Source: Hormiphora californensis (taxonomy: Eukaryota > Animalia > Ctenophora). Taken from it: DNA of 64,000 bases. The notes below the pieces were generated by a model. It was given only the letters and a program-made list of their open reading frames with translations, had not been told where the DNA came from and made no database searches. Location: contig CM035362.1 of the NCBI GenBank assembly GCA_020137815.1, forward strand, positions 4,712,001 through 4,776,000, given 5' to 3'. The position numbers and the translations under genes were made by a program. The first letter of the stretch is position 1, and every line of letters begins with the position of its first letter. This document shows, piece after piece, positions 23,541 to 35,355 of this stretch.

Positions 23541-24573
23541 TTACGCGCTCCCTTCCCTAGCCTGCTTCTTTTTAATATCCCTTTCCCTTCCTCCCTTTCC
23601 CTCGAAGCAGTGGTAACTGCTTTTTTTTATCCCTTCCTCCCTCCACTGCTCCCTCACTACCCCCATCCTCTTTGATTGTGTATTTCTTTACTCCTTCCCT
23701 TCCTCTCCCTCTCCACCCAGTGAGTCACTGCTTTTTATTTTATATCCCTTCCCAACAAAATATAAGCTTTTGAGTGCAGATCTTGCGTGATATTAGACAT
23801 GAAATCTTGATTTGCAGTGCACAATTGTGAACATTTTGGGACCAATAAAATTGAAAAGTTCTTGAAAAAAGACCACCCACCTAGTTTTAATAACAAAATA
23901 TCAACTTTATTGCTCTATAAAATTGCTCTAAAACCCAATAAACCTAGGTACATCTCGATATATTCAGAGTTTTAACACGTGTAAGTTTCAACACATGTAA
24001 GTTTCCTAATATATATAAATAAATATTGGTGTCTTTTTGATATGACACGCCGGGATGTTGGCGGCCACGGCCACCCATCCCCTCCGTTTTCGCTAATGCA
24101 CTTGCAGCTCTAAGAGGAAACTCTATTCTAAGGGTCCTAAGCTCCAGTCCTTGGTAACGCAGTTCCCCCTACATTGCGGGCACGCTAAAACGTGCCTTAC
24201 TATCGCAATGCCCTATGACAGAGGGGTAACTTCGTTACCAACTCCAGTCCCCGGTGATGCCCCCTTGCTCTAAATCCCATTGTCTAATTTCCAATGTGCG
24301 GTGCGTGTCGGAAGTTAGGAGAACAGAGGCTATATATACAATATATAGACTCCATTACATGATGTCTCTCTATCTTTTTCCGTCCTTCTTTCTCTCTCTC
24401 TCTACATGTCTCTCTATCTCTATCTGTTAATCTTTCAGTTGATCTGTCCCTCTCTTTATATTATATCTCTTGCTCTAGCTGCACACAGTCGTGTGCGGAC
24501 CTATAGACTATTAGTTGTCTGTTGTAATACCACATAGTTGAAGTTCTATCTCGCTCTAACTGGGTAACTGATG

Positions 24574-25266
24574 CAGTGGTGGCCCCAGCCTGGGGTGGTG
24601 GGGGGGTGGCCACCCCCCCAAAACTTTTCAAACAGGTTTTGTTGGTGGTGGTAAAATAACTGCTTTAAAATGTGTTATAATTTGCGTTAATTGATCAAAA
24701 TTTAAAATTTTCCGGGGGCTTGTTTTCTCCCCCAAACCACCACACCGCACCAAGTGGCTGAAATTCGTTAAGAAATAAAAATTGTTCTGAATTGCTTAGA
24801 ATTGATCAAAAACTAAACTTTTCCCGGGGACTTTGTTTCGCCCCTTACTACGCCCCCCACACCAGGGGCTGACAATCATTAAAGTTTTCTAAAAGGCTGA
24901 AACTTGCCCCACCAAGGGCTGAAAATCGATAAAATATGGTTCGAAATGCTTTAATTCAGTAAAATTTCCGGGGCTTCGCCCCTTGTGACTGAACCGTTGA
25001 CAAAAAAGTTTTCTTAAAAGTGCTGAAATGTTTAAAAAAGTGGTCTAAATTGCTTATAAAAATTCATCAAACTAAAATTTTCGGGGGCCTCCGCCCCTAG
25101 CCCCCCAAGGGCTCTGCCCCTGGACCCGTTTGGGGCTGCGCCCCCAAACCCCCTGCCGCACTCCCTCGCGCCGTCTTCGCGGCACCTCGGTCGCTAGGTT
25201 TTGGAGTTGAAGTGTGGCCTTCGGCCACACCACCCCCCCAAAAAATCCGGGCTGGGGCCACCCCTG
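24574..25266. mobile_element. Non-autonomous hAT element (693 bp)
   Basis: TIR cag(t/g)ggtggccccagcc; perfect 8-bp TSD aactgatg (24566-24573 / 25267-25274). Confidence 0.92.
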
Positions 25267-26310
25267 AACTGATGTGTGTAATTTCACTTTCGTGAGCCCT
25301 GACTCTTCTAGCTAGTCGTAGCGGCCCGTAGCTACTAGCTAAGCTCTTAGCTAGCGGCTGCGAGTTAGTAAGTGTTGATCAAAACAGAGTCTGGCACTGC
25401 TAGAAAAGTGTTGAGACTTTGTAAATATTTTTCTCTCACTCTCACTCTCCTCTCATCTCTCTCTCTCATCCCTCTCTCTCTCTCATCCACCCCCCTTCTC
25501 ACTCTCTAATCGGTCTCCCTCTCTCTCTCTCCCTCCCCCTCTATCTCCTCCTCTCTCTCTCTCTCTCTCATTCTCTCCCCTCGTCTTTCTCTTTTTCCTT
25601 TCTTTTCCTTCCCTTCTCTCCATCTTCTTCCTCTCTCTTCCTCTCTCTCCGCCGTCGCTCTCTCACTTCGCCGGTCTTCGCGTAAACAGGGTAAATCTCT
25701 CTCTCTTTCTCTCTCTCTCTCTCATCGTCTCTCTCTCCTCTTCTCTCGTCCTCTCTCTCTCTCTTCTCTCCCTCTTCTGTGTCCTTTCCTTCAGTCGAGT
25801 TAACGTTAACAGTACATTATTAATTGTGTCTGCAATTGTGTGGTGCGTGTATTGTCTTCAATAGCTTTATTTGCGTGGCTTCTTCTAGCCCCAGCTACAG
25901 ATGTGGTACCTACGACACGTTGAACACATGAGACAAATTTGTTATGATAATGAATGATTGCCAATTCCAATGTAATACTGTACAACTTTAGTACACAACT
26001 AAACTGTGAACAGAGACACGTGCAGTTGCCTGTAAACCACAGCACTGAATACAGTTTTATAGTGCCGTGGTTCATGGGTTGAACCACATGTAATTACCAC
26101 ATGAATTCATTACATGTGGTTTGGGTTGAACCACAAGTGTAATGAATTGACTCTTTCAGCTCTGATCGGTTTACAGTTTGAGTTTCCAGTTTTGTATTCT
26201 GATTTCTAAATAAGTTTTGTATTCTAAACAGTGAACAACTTTAATATACCATGCTGGGTATCGCTGGCCGTTATATGGGGAACATTTATACCTCTTTTGG
26301 GCATCATCAT

Positions 26311-26356
<46 letters not shown>

Positions 26357-26457
26357 GAGAGAGATACTAAGCGGGGAGAGAGCATAGATGATAGAGAGAT
26401 ATATACTTGCTCGCTAGATCTAGAGAAGTTTACGAGAGAGCTTCTCTCTCTGATCTA

Positions 26458-26511
<54 letters not shown>

Positions 26512-26891
26512 TTCTCTCTCTTTTTCTCCCTCAGTTGATATGTGTTATTGCTCTTTTCCCACCACAGGTGCCGTTTTTGTTTCTATTGTGTGTTTCTATT
26601 GTGTGTCTCTATTGTAACTGTTCCTTTATGCATCTTTTATGCTCCATGCATCTGCTGCATTTCTGATTCACATGTGCTCCCCCCCTATAGTCTATACATT
26701 TTGTTACTTTTGAGTCGAGTCGCCTGAAACTGTAAAAGTGTGAAAAATTCAACTGCACACACACATGGATCCAGTTCTTCTTAGCACAGAACCAGATATG
26801 TACTACTGCTGAGTGCTGCAGTCCGACCCCAATTTACCGGGCACCCTGATTTACCGGGCGAAACCCTTCCCCCGAGCATCCCAGTAAATCG

Positions 26892-27269
26892 GGGTCAGCA
26901 CACTCCAACGTTAAAATTAAAATCAAAATTTGACGTTTTTTGTCATAACTCTGCCATTTCTTGGCAAAACTGATTCATTTTAGGCTTTTTGGAAAGAGGG
27001 CATCGAGCCCGTTTTGAAGAGCTCAAGAAACTTAAAATCGGCGCAAAGTGTGCGGCGTTAAGGCGAATAATGCGTGTGTTAAAATTTTAAAATTTTAACG
27101 CACACATTTTGCACTGTAACGCCACGCACTTTGACCGGATTTCAAGTTTCTTAGGCTGTTCAGAACGGGCTCGATGCCCAACATGAAGCAATTTTGCCAA
27201 GAAATGGCAGAGTTATGACCAAAAACGTCAAATTTTAATTTTAATTTTAACGTTGGTGTGTGCTGACCC
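26892..27269. mobile_element. Palindromic MITE (GGG...CCC termini) fused on the left to a truncated family-B MITE
   Basis: gggtcagcacac..caacgttaaaattaaaat...attttaacgttggtgtgtgctgaccc; the arms are long inverted repeats; left junction shares ggggtc with family B. Confidence 0.8.
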
Positions 27270-27315
27270 TTAGTTTCACGGATAGTATCTCCTTATCTAG
27301 ATAGAAACACGTGAC

Positions 27316-29322
27316 ATGATTCGAATAAAGGATAGGGCACACTTCAAGAAAATCCTGACGACCATAAGGTGAGAACTATGCATATGTACTAAAATTAAAT
27401 AATGTATGTACTAGATAATGTACCGCGCCGTGTGTTTACCAATAATCGTTGACCAATGTATTACGGTGGCAGATTCCGGCCAACTGTTTTTTTAGTCAAG
27501 TGAAATATTTTTGCTTGAAGTTTTATAAAAATTTTATTTCAAAATAAAAATAAACATGTCCTTAAAATTATTGGCCGGAATCTGCCACGCGAGTGGCAGA
27601 TCTCGGCCAAGATTCTAAAAAAACCTTGGCCAGAATCTGCCAACCACGTGGCAGATTCCGGCCAACAAACTGAAACTTACTTATATCAAAGCGAAAACCG
27701 CTGTACCCGACTAATTTTGATACGCTGAATCACGTAAGCAACTTTTCCAATCCCTCAGAGGTCGGGAAAGTGTCCTAATTGAGCATAATAGGGTCTAATT
27801 GACCCCACTTACAACTTTTCACCTGGAAACGATAGACGCTTATGTGAAGGCACTTTTCCGACTAATTTTGATAAGCTGAATCACGTAAGCTATTTTTCAA
27901 AGCCCCCCGAGGTCGGAAAAGTGCCCTAATTGAGCAATTAAGGCCAATTAGACCTAATTATACTTAATTAAGCCAAATTCCCGACCTCGGAGGGCTTGGA
28001 AAAGTTGCTTACGTGATTCAGCGTATCAAAATTAGTCGGAAAAGTGCCTTCACATAAGCGTCTATCGTTTCCAGGTGAAAAGTTGTAAGTGGGGTCAATT
28101 AGACCCTATTATGCTCAATTAGGACACTTTCCCGACCTCTGAGGGATTGGAAAAGTTGCTTACGTGATTCAGCGTATCAAAATTAGTCGGGTACAGCGGT
28201 TTTCGCTTTGATATAAGTAAGTTTCAGTTTGTTGGCCGGAATCTGCCACGTGGTTGGCAGATTCTGGCCAAGGTTTTTTTTAGAATTTTGGCCGAGATCT
28301 GCCACTCGCGTGGCAGATTCCGGCCAATAATTTTAACGACATGTTTATTTTTATTTTGAAATAAAATTTTTATAAAACTTCAAACAAAAATATTTCACTT
28401 GATTGAAAAAACTCTTGGCCGGAATCTGCCACCGTAATGTATATCATTCATCAAAATACCCTAATTTCATAATATCTAACTGTGTTTATGTTTATAAAAT
28501 TCTAATTGAATGTGCCCTAAACTATCCCTCTTCATTTGCAGTTTTGAACGAGTATTGATTGTAAAGTTTAGCAGTGACTGGTGCGGCCCGTGTAAGAGTA
28601 TTGGTGGTTTCTATAACAAACTCGAGAAACGATTTCCAATGATCACTTTCGCTGTGGTAAATACAATTTGAGAGCTTCCCTTGCTCAACATGCAATGACA
28701 GGCCACTGATCTGAATCTTATTAAAATTAGAATGGGGTCAAGCTAATGCTCCGACAACCGCTCAACTGTTCTCAAGGCGCCCGTCCGGTGTAAAATCAAA
28801 AATAGCCCTCACTCAGGTTTTGTGAAATCTCGCATTACTCTACCTCGTGACGAGAGGCTTGAAGCAGAGATACCTAAAATCTATAAATATTTTCAGTGCG
28901 ATGTGGACATAGCTCCGATAGTAGCTGAAGATGAAGGTATCACATGTCTACCTACTATTGCTGGTAAGCCGTAAGGGGGAATTGGGCGTCGGCTATAAAG
29001 AATTGGGGGAAAAAGGGCATCGGAAGTCTCATAACAAGGGCTGTAGCTGTGATAAAGGCCGGGGAGAAGCATTATTTGTTACTGAAAGTGATCCCCTCCC
29101 CTACATCATTTCAAATTACTCCTTCTACCAGGCTACATGATTTGTATCCCCGAGTATCATCCCCCTCCAATACTGTTAGTCACCCTCTGTAAAGTATTCC
29201 CCTTCCTCCTACCAGGCTACAAGGATGGAAAGAAGGACGACAGTTTCATGGGTTCCAGCAAGGAGAAACTCCTGGAATTCTGCGTGAAAATGTCCGAGAC
29301 GGAGGGGACCGTGAATGCGTAA
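27316..29322 (+). CDS. TXN: Thioredoxin, 4 exons (27316-27368, 28542-28656, 28897-28963, 29216-29322), ~113 aa
   Basis: MIRIKDRAHFKKIL..VLIVKFSSDWCGPCKSI..CDVD..GITCLPT..YKDGKK..FMGSSKEKL; canonical WCGPC and cis-Pro motif; phases consistent; start codon inferred. Confidence 0.9.
27462..28436. mobile_element. 975-bp foldback (near-perfect palindrome), IS3EU-like non-autonomous element, in thioredoxin intron 1
   Basis: TACGG...CCGTA termini, 6-bp TSD ATGTAT (27456-27461 / 28437-28442); ~460-bp arms almost exactly complementary. Confidence 0.88.
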
Positions 29323-29893
29323 CAGATGTACACAATTTACACACTACAAGGTTAACACAGGTTAACGTCAGGTTATCATCATGTTTAATACAAGGCCGTT
29401 AACGTCAGGAAAACGTGAAATGTGGAGGGTTATATTTGGTATCACTATCACTGATATTCGTGAGGCAAGATCATAGGAGATCTATGAAAAAGATCTAGTT
29501 CTCCCACCTGCGGATCAGAGACTATAAATGTAAAGCGTCATCCGTCCAATTCAGGGTCTTGCTCTTTGTGTATTCAATGTATAGGATGGGTAGAAAGACA
29601 ATGCGGGTGGCTAGGCTCAGTGATGTTGATATATGTTCAAACCCTGTCAGGCCAATGCTCTGACCACACACAGTTCTCGTGCTCAAATTTGAGAGAAACG
29701 AAAATGGGTCAGGCCAATGCTCTGACAGTTCAAACCCTCCTTAACAATATTTGTGCCGTGAGAGAGAGAGGTCACAATGGAAGCTCAAAGCTGTCATAAC
29801 AGTGGACCAATTATCATTTGTTGTATTATTTGTTGTAATTTGATTGTTGGAAGATTGAGGAGGAGAAAAGAATTCACCCCTGTTATATATGTG

Positions 29894-30324
29894 TACTGTA
29901 AAACTAGATATTTTCGAGGCAATTAATTTTCGCGATTCGATCAAAATTTACTATTTTCGCGATTTTAATTTTCGCTAATCCCACTGCTACCCCCATTTCA
30001 CGGTCCTAGTCTATTGTCTAATTACGCCAAGAGTGCAGTCATCATTGCCATGAGACACCAGACCTGCTTGGCGTAGACCAATGAAATGTGAGCATTTTCT
30101 CATTGCTGATTGGCTCTAAGAGATAGCCAATCAGGGATGAGACAGAAAAGGCTCACATCTCATTGGCTTACAACTCCTACTGAATCCCTTGCCACGTATA
30201 AGAGCAGTGGTCATTCTGTAAAAAATCGTCCAAAATATTTTCGCGGAATTAATTTTCGCGGATTTTCCAGCCAAAAATAAAGAGCGAAAATAAAAATCTC
30301 ACGAAAATTTCTAGTTTTACAGTA
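29894..30324. mobile_element. Non-autonomous TIR element (431 bp)
   Basis: tactgtaaaactaga...tctagttttacagta; flanked by tgtg on both sides (4-bp TSD, or alternatively a TA TSD); subterminal aattttcgc repeats. Confidence 0.82.
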
Positions 30325-30652
30325 TGTGCCAATTGTTGACCAATGAATTGATTTCATCAACGTATTTGTTAATTGACTTCTTTAATTGTTTCACACCCCC
30401 TGCCATACGGTTCTTACCAAGCTAAAAAGCAGTTATTTTAATACGGATAACAATTTGGTGAGAGATACAGTCACAAAAGCACAGCGCTATAAACCACCTA
30501 TTTCAGCACAAACACACAAACACACAAACAAACATTATAATAAATCCCAATACTGTTTAATATATTTATGTCGTTTAATTATACTAATAGTTCTGTCCCA
30601 GTCTAATTTAAGCTGGAGCCAAGCATAATGTATGTTAATTTCTTGACCAATA

Positions 30653-31757
30653 TCAAGACCCAGTTTTTAATCTCTTTGAAGCATTCTCTTCACGTCCATC
30701 TACCTCTTGTTCTGGGCGTTTGTTATCTGTCTCCTTATCTGTCTCCTTATCTGTCTTATCTGTCTCCTTATCTGTCTTATCTATCTTGTCTGTCTTATTT
30801 GTCTTATCTGTCTTGTCTGTCTCTTTGTCCGTTTCTTTGTTAGTTTGTCCATGATCTATTTGTCCGTTTTCACCCGATTTAGTTCCCTCCTCCTCCTTCT
30901 CACTCTCTCCAGCATTGGAATCCTCCTCCTCTCCAGACTCTTCCTCATCCTGGTCGGAACCATCACTACTGGACCCAATGTCCTCATTATCTGGTGGAAT
31001 ATGGTTAGTGTTTAGTGGTTGTAGTTAGTGTTTAGTGGCTGTCAGTAGTTAGTGTTTGGTTTAGTCTTGGAAATGTATGGACTGTAGCAGAAACAACAAG
31101 TCGATGAATTATTGAAATAACAGATATTTATTCAGTGTGATCTGTCTGGCGCCGCGACCCGATCTGAGCGCACTGAGAATCAAATGGGGTATGGCGCCGC
31201 CATACAGAGTGTGAGCAGATTCAACAATTACCCAATAATTACCCAATTATGACCAAATAATTACCCAATAACTAGCTAATAATTACCCACTAATTACCCA
31301 CCTTCCAGATTCTCACTCGCTCCAGCAGTTTCATCGGTACTGACTTTAACCACCTTGGCTTTACACTTAAAATCCTGGGAGGGGGGGTGGTTAAAACTTC
31401 AAGAGATGTCAGATGTGACTGAAGTTTTATCGAGAATGGGGGAGGATTGTTTTGTTCAAACCCGGGGAGGGAGGGTCGAACAAGGCAAGGGGGAGGGGGG
31501 TAAAATGAAGTGTGGTGAAGTGTGAACACATGAACTCCGTTCACAAATTGCCCATTCTAAAGAATGTCTCTCAATATTCAATACCGTATCATCTTTCTTT
31601 TTGGATCGTCCCCGTGCTACCTACTGCATACCTTATCATCTGCTTCGTCGTAGAATCCTCCATAAAGAGAAGCAAAGAAAGGGTCATCCTCCCCCTTCTC
31701 CATAACCTCCTTCATCCTGCACCCCGCATTAGCTCGCCTTGATCTTGATGCAGCCAT
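30653..31757 (-). CDS. YL1/VPS72 N-terminal-domain-only protein with acidic DKT/DKET-repeat tail, 3 exons (31757-31632, 31374-31302, 30990-30653), 178 aa
   Basis: MAASRSRRANAGCRMKEVMEKGEDDPFFASLYGGFYDEADDKDF matches the VPS72 N-terminal pattern (R..R..AG.R....E....FY...YGGF.E...D.EY); then acidic low complexity, KRLK and stop. No YL1-C domain. Confidence 0.82.
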
Positions 31758-32775
31758 TATGCGCTATAGGAACAAGGTGTTTATGTTAGAGAAATATGAG
31801 ATTCAATTAGCTGGTGAGGACTGAGGCGCCTGAAAGGGGTGATCAATTCAAATTGATTGATGGTCTCAAACCCCCCGTGCGCGCGCCACAAAGCTGAAGA
31901 GGGTGGGAGCGCGAGGAGGGTCAGTTTGAAGACACCGCGCGTTACAACATAGTCCAGAAAAAGAACTTAGCTGCTACAATGATATTTGTTCATCGTGCCG
32001 ATGAAGTCTTCAGAGGATAGAGTTCATCACAGACCTTTCATGCGAAAGAAAAAGTGGCAAGATCAGCTTTTGAATCTTAATATTTGGACCTTTCAAATTT
32101 CAAGCCTCCTTGTGCCCCAGGAAGTGTATTTTATGCATATTCAGGAAGGAGAGGGTGAGAGAGGGAAACTTTTTTCAACCCAAAGACAAGGGAAACTGGG
32201 TGAAAGTTGAAACAAGTTCATTGTTAGCTCGTGGCAGTTGCCCTGTATGTTACTATGTTCCCCGGCATATCGGGGTGCTCGGGGTCAAATACCTAGCTGG
32301 TTATTTTTTTCAACTTCGGGAACCGGGGGAAGATCTTCCCGGCCCAGTTCCCGGTAAATCGGGGTTCCGGTAAACTGGGACCCGGTAAATTAGGGTCTAA
32401 CTGTATACCATTGAAACCTCGCGACGGTTGTTTAACCAAATGCTGATTTCTAAACCCTGCTATTTGTAATTTGATCTTTTAGTTCGTGGGTGGTAAAGTT
32501 CAAATCTGGAAAAAAAGAATTTTGTGCTAGAGGTCTAAAACCTATCATAGAGATAGTTAACCAACGGTAGTCTAGGGGGGGGGGGGGGTCAGACTCCGGT
32601 CGGCGAGTGGGCGGGACGGGAGGGGGGTATTGGTCCGACTGAAGTACACCACTTGTCATCCATTTAAACTTTAAACCAAAATGAAAAGTATAGTCTACTG
32701 AATCAGTATATAAGTAAGTATAATAGACCCTTTCAAAGACCCAGTAAAATGGAAATTATTGGTACACACTACACA

Positions 32776-34058
32776 TCACCGTATTCCAGAACAACATTCC
32801 TCGTGAAGATTTCTGGGTTTTCGGCTTGTAAATTTTTCCCCGCATATACTGCAAGGAAAAGGTTTCTCCCCAGTGTGTGTCATCATGTGCCGCTTCAAGT
32901 GACTCGTTTGGGTAAACGCCCTTCCACAGACCTCACATTTGAATCGACGCTCACCAGTATGAATCCTTTTGTGTCTTTTATAATTACTGATACGAGTAAA
33001 AGTCTTCTCACACACCTCACATTTAAAAGGTTTGATTCCACTATGTACCCGCTGGTGTAGATTCAGTTCCCTCCTTGTGTTGAAACTCATAGGACAAATA
33101 TCACACTGGAACTCCTTTTTTGGGTGTGCATTTTCAATGTGCTCGTACAACTCTGATTTAGGTAGTCTGACTCCACAATTTTTGACACGGCATGAAGTAA
33201 CAGTTTTTCTATGAACAAAGAATTGATGTTTATCTAAATTGTATTTCTGGAGAAAAGTTTTTCCACACCCCTTACATTCGTGTGGTTCGTATTCACTGTG
33301 ACCCAAATGGTGTTGAGTAAGATGCGAATCATACTTGAAAGCCATGGGACAAACATCACAGAAGTGTTTCCTATCAGGATGGTCGTCTCGAATGTGCTGA
33401 TACAAGTCCTTATCTGATGACTTCCAAACTGAGCAACTCCTGATTTTACACTGGAATAGTTTAGCACGTTTGATACACAGGATCATCCTCGTAGGTTTTA
33501 GTCTGGTTTTAAAAGTAGCCGGATCTTTAGGAAGGGATTGTTGGGAAGGAACTCGTTGTCGCTGGGAAAGAGGTGGATTTGCAGTGGTTGACTCAATTTC
33601 TTCACTAGAATCCTGTTTATTGAATTTATCTCCACCAGTTTGGATCGGAACACCTGTAGGATAGATGTGATAATCATTATTGGAAACCAACAAGGCTTTA
33701 TATATTAAACAATGATTTGATCAACTCTATCCACGTTAACTGTTGATAATGAAAATCTTTCTGATGAAAGGACTACTGAAGACTTGAAGATGTTGTAAAA
33801 TCTTCTAGTCATTAGTAGTGCACAGTTCGAATACCACCTGTATAAACATCACGCACAAAACTCACCATGATCTGAGGAAACCACATGTGATGGAGCATCA
33901 GATATTGGGCAGGGAGTAAACATCACAGGTTTGATGTCACTTTCCACATATATTGGTTCAGTTTTCAGAAGGGGAGGAATTTCAAACTGTTTACCAGTTT
34001 TCGTAGCAGGTTCTTCTGAACTACCAGTTCTAGATTTACCAGGTTTTCTTTTTGCCAT
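32776..34058 (-). CDS. C2H2 ZNF array gene (unit 12, MAK-type), exons 34058-33866, 33653-32776, ~356 aa, 8 fingers
   Basis: Shared exon FEIPPLLKTEPIYVESDIKP; TGEKP-type linkers; phase-1 intron. Confidence 0.9.
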
Positions 34059-34296
34059 TATATATCCTGTATGAAAATGGGAAAGTTTTGTTTTTAACAC
34101 TGTTTTAATAATGTTAAAACAGTGTCCCTGTCTTACAATATCTTTTATCAAGATTGGTATCAAGAATAACTGCATTATGTTCCATAATGCTATGTTTCCC
34201 TGCTCACCTTTATTTTCTAATGTGAAGGCGGGACAGATATTTTCGATCATTCATATTTCACTCAAATAGTATTTTGCTACTATGTAATAGAACAAA

Positions 34297-34757
34297 AGAG
34301 TGGACAGAATCAGAATTGAACAAGTTTGTTGGAGGCCGTAGAGATTAGTTCTACGAGCATTTTGAATTTTTGCCACTCAAAATCGACCCATCCATCACTG
34401 ATATATTTTTGTTACTCTCGGGCAATTCCTGCTGGGTCAATATTTATCAAACAGGATAGAAAAAATCCTTGTGTTTTACTAACAACTTCTATAAACTTTT
34501 AATATGCTGAATTGCATTGCTCTGCTTCTGTGTTTGGGCATGTCAAACTCACTGTTTATATTCAGAATGTGTTAGTAAAACACGACGATTGTTTCTATCC
34601 TGTTTGTTAAATACTGATTAAACAGGAATTCACCGAGAGTAACAAAAATATATCAGTGATGGATGGGTCGATTTTGAGCCAGAAAAAGGCAAAACGCCCC
34701 TAAAACTAATCTCTACAACCTTCAACAAACTTGTCCAATTCTGATTCTGTCCACTCT
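34297..34757. mobile_element. ~460-bp foldback MITE
   Basis: agagtggacagaatcagaatt...aattctgattctgtccactct with long inverted arms; no clear TSD. Confidence 0.8.
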
Positions 34758-34960
34758 CACTAAATTCACGCCACATCGCGGAATTGTGTGCCACACATTT
34801 TCTGAAAACATGCTAGTAAAATGGTTTATGAAAGAGCAGGTTGTTGATGCCCTTCGCAACCTGAAACGGGACATTGTAGGCGTACTTGCAACACATGGTC
34901 ACTATGTCCGTTACAGATTTTTAAACCACTATGCCTTTTTGCAAAAGGCATACGTGTGAC

Positions 34961-35177
34961 GGTGTGCGGACTCTAGTGCTAAAATAACGAAAAGAGAACC
35001 CGGGATTTTTCCCGTTTGGCCGGAAACGAGAGTTTGATGTGCCTCTATACTCGTTTAGAAGTGTTAGGGCCGTTATTTAAGCACGAGGTTAGGGTTTAGG
35101 GTAAAGGTTAGGGTTAGATATAGAGTCCTCCTTGGGTTTAGATATATAGAGTCCATTAGCACTAGAGTCCGCCTACC
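34961..35177. mobile_element. Small TIR element containing degenerate TTAGGG-like repeats
   Basis: TIR gcggactctagtgcta / tagcactagagtccgc; ggttagggtttaggggtaaaggttagggttag inside. Confidence 0.7.
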
Positions 35178-35355
35178 ACGTGTCGGGCGGGGAGAAATGG
35201 AAAAAGAAACCGGAGAAAACAAATAAATGAATAGTAAATTAATTACAAAGAAACTATGTGTTCATTTAACATACATAATTTAACGACACCGTTCTCTGAA
35301 AAGTTATTTTTGCAATTAAAATCAATTCATACAAAAAATGTCCATCGCTACTAAA

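Noticed and set aside
34760-34920. Possible third THAP remnant upstream of unit 12
   Set aside because: Only scattered Cys/His fragments in inconsistent frames and strands; cannot be supported.
35087-35118. Telomere-like TTAGGG repeats (also ~55640-55676)
   Set aside because: Short and degenerate; the first is internal to a TIR element. Not evidence of a telomere or of telomere-targeted LINE insertion.
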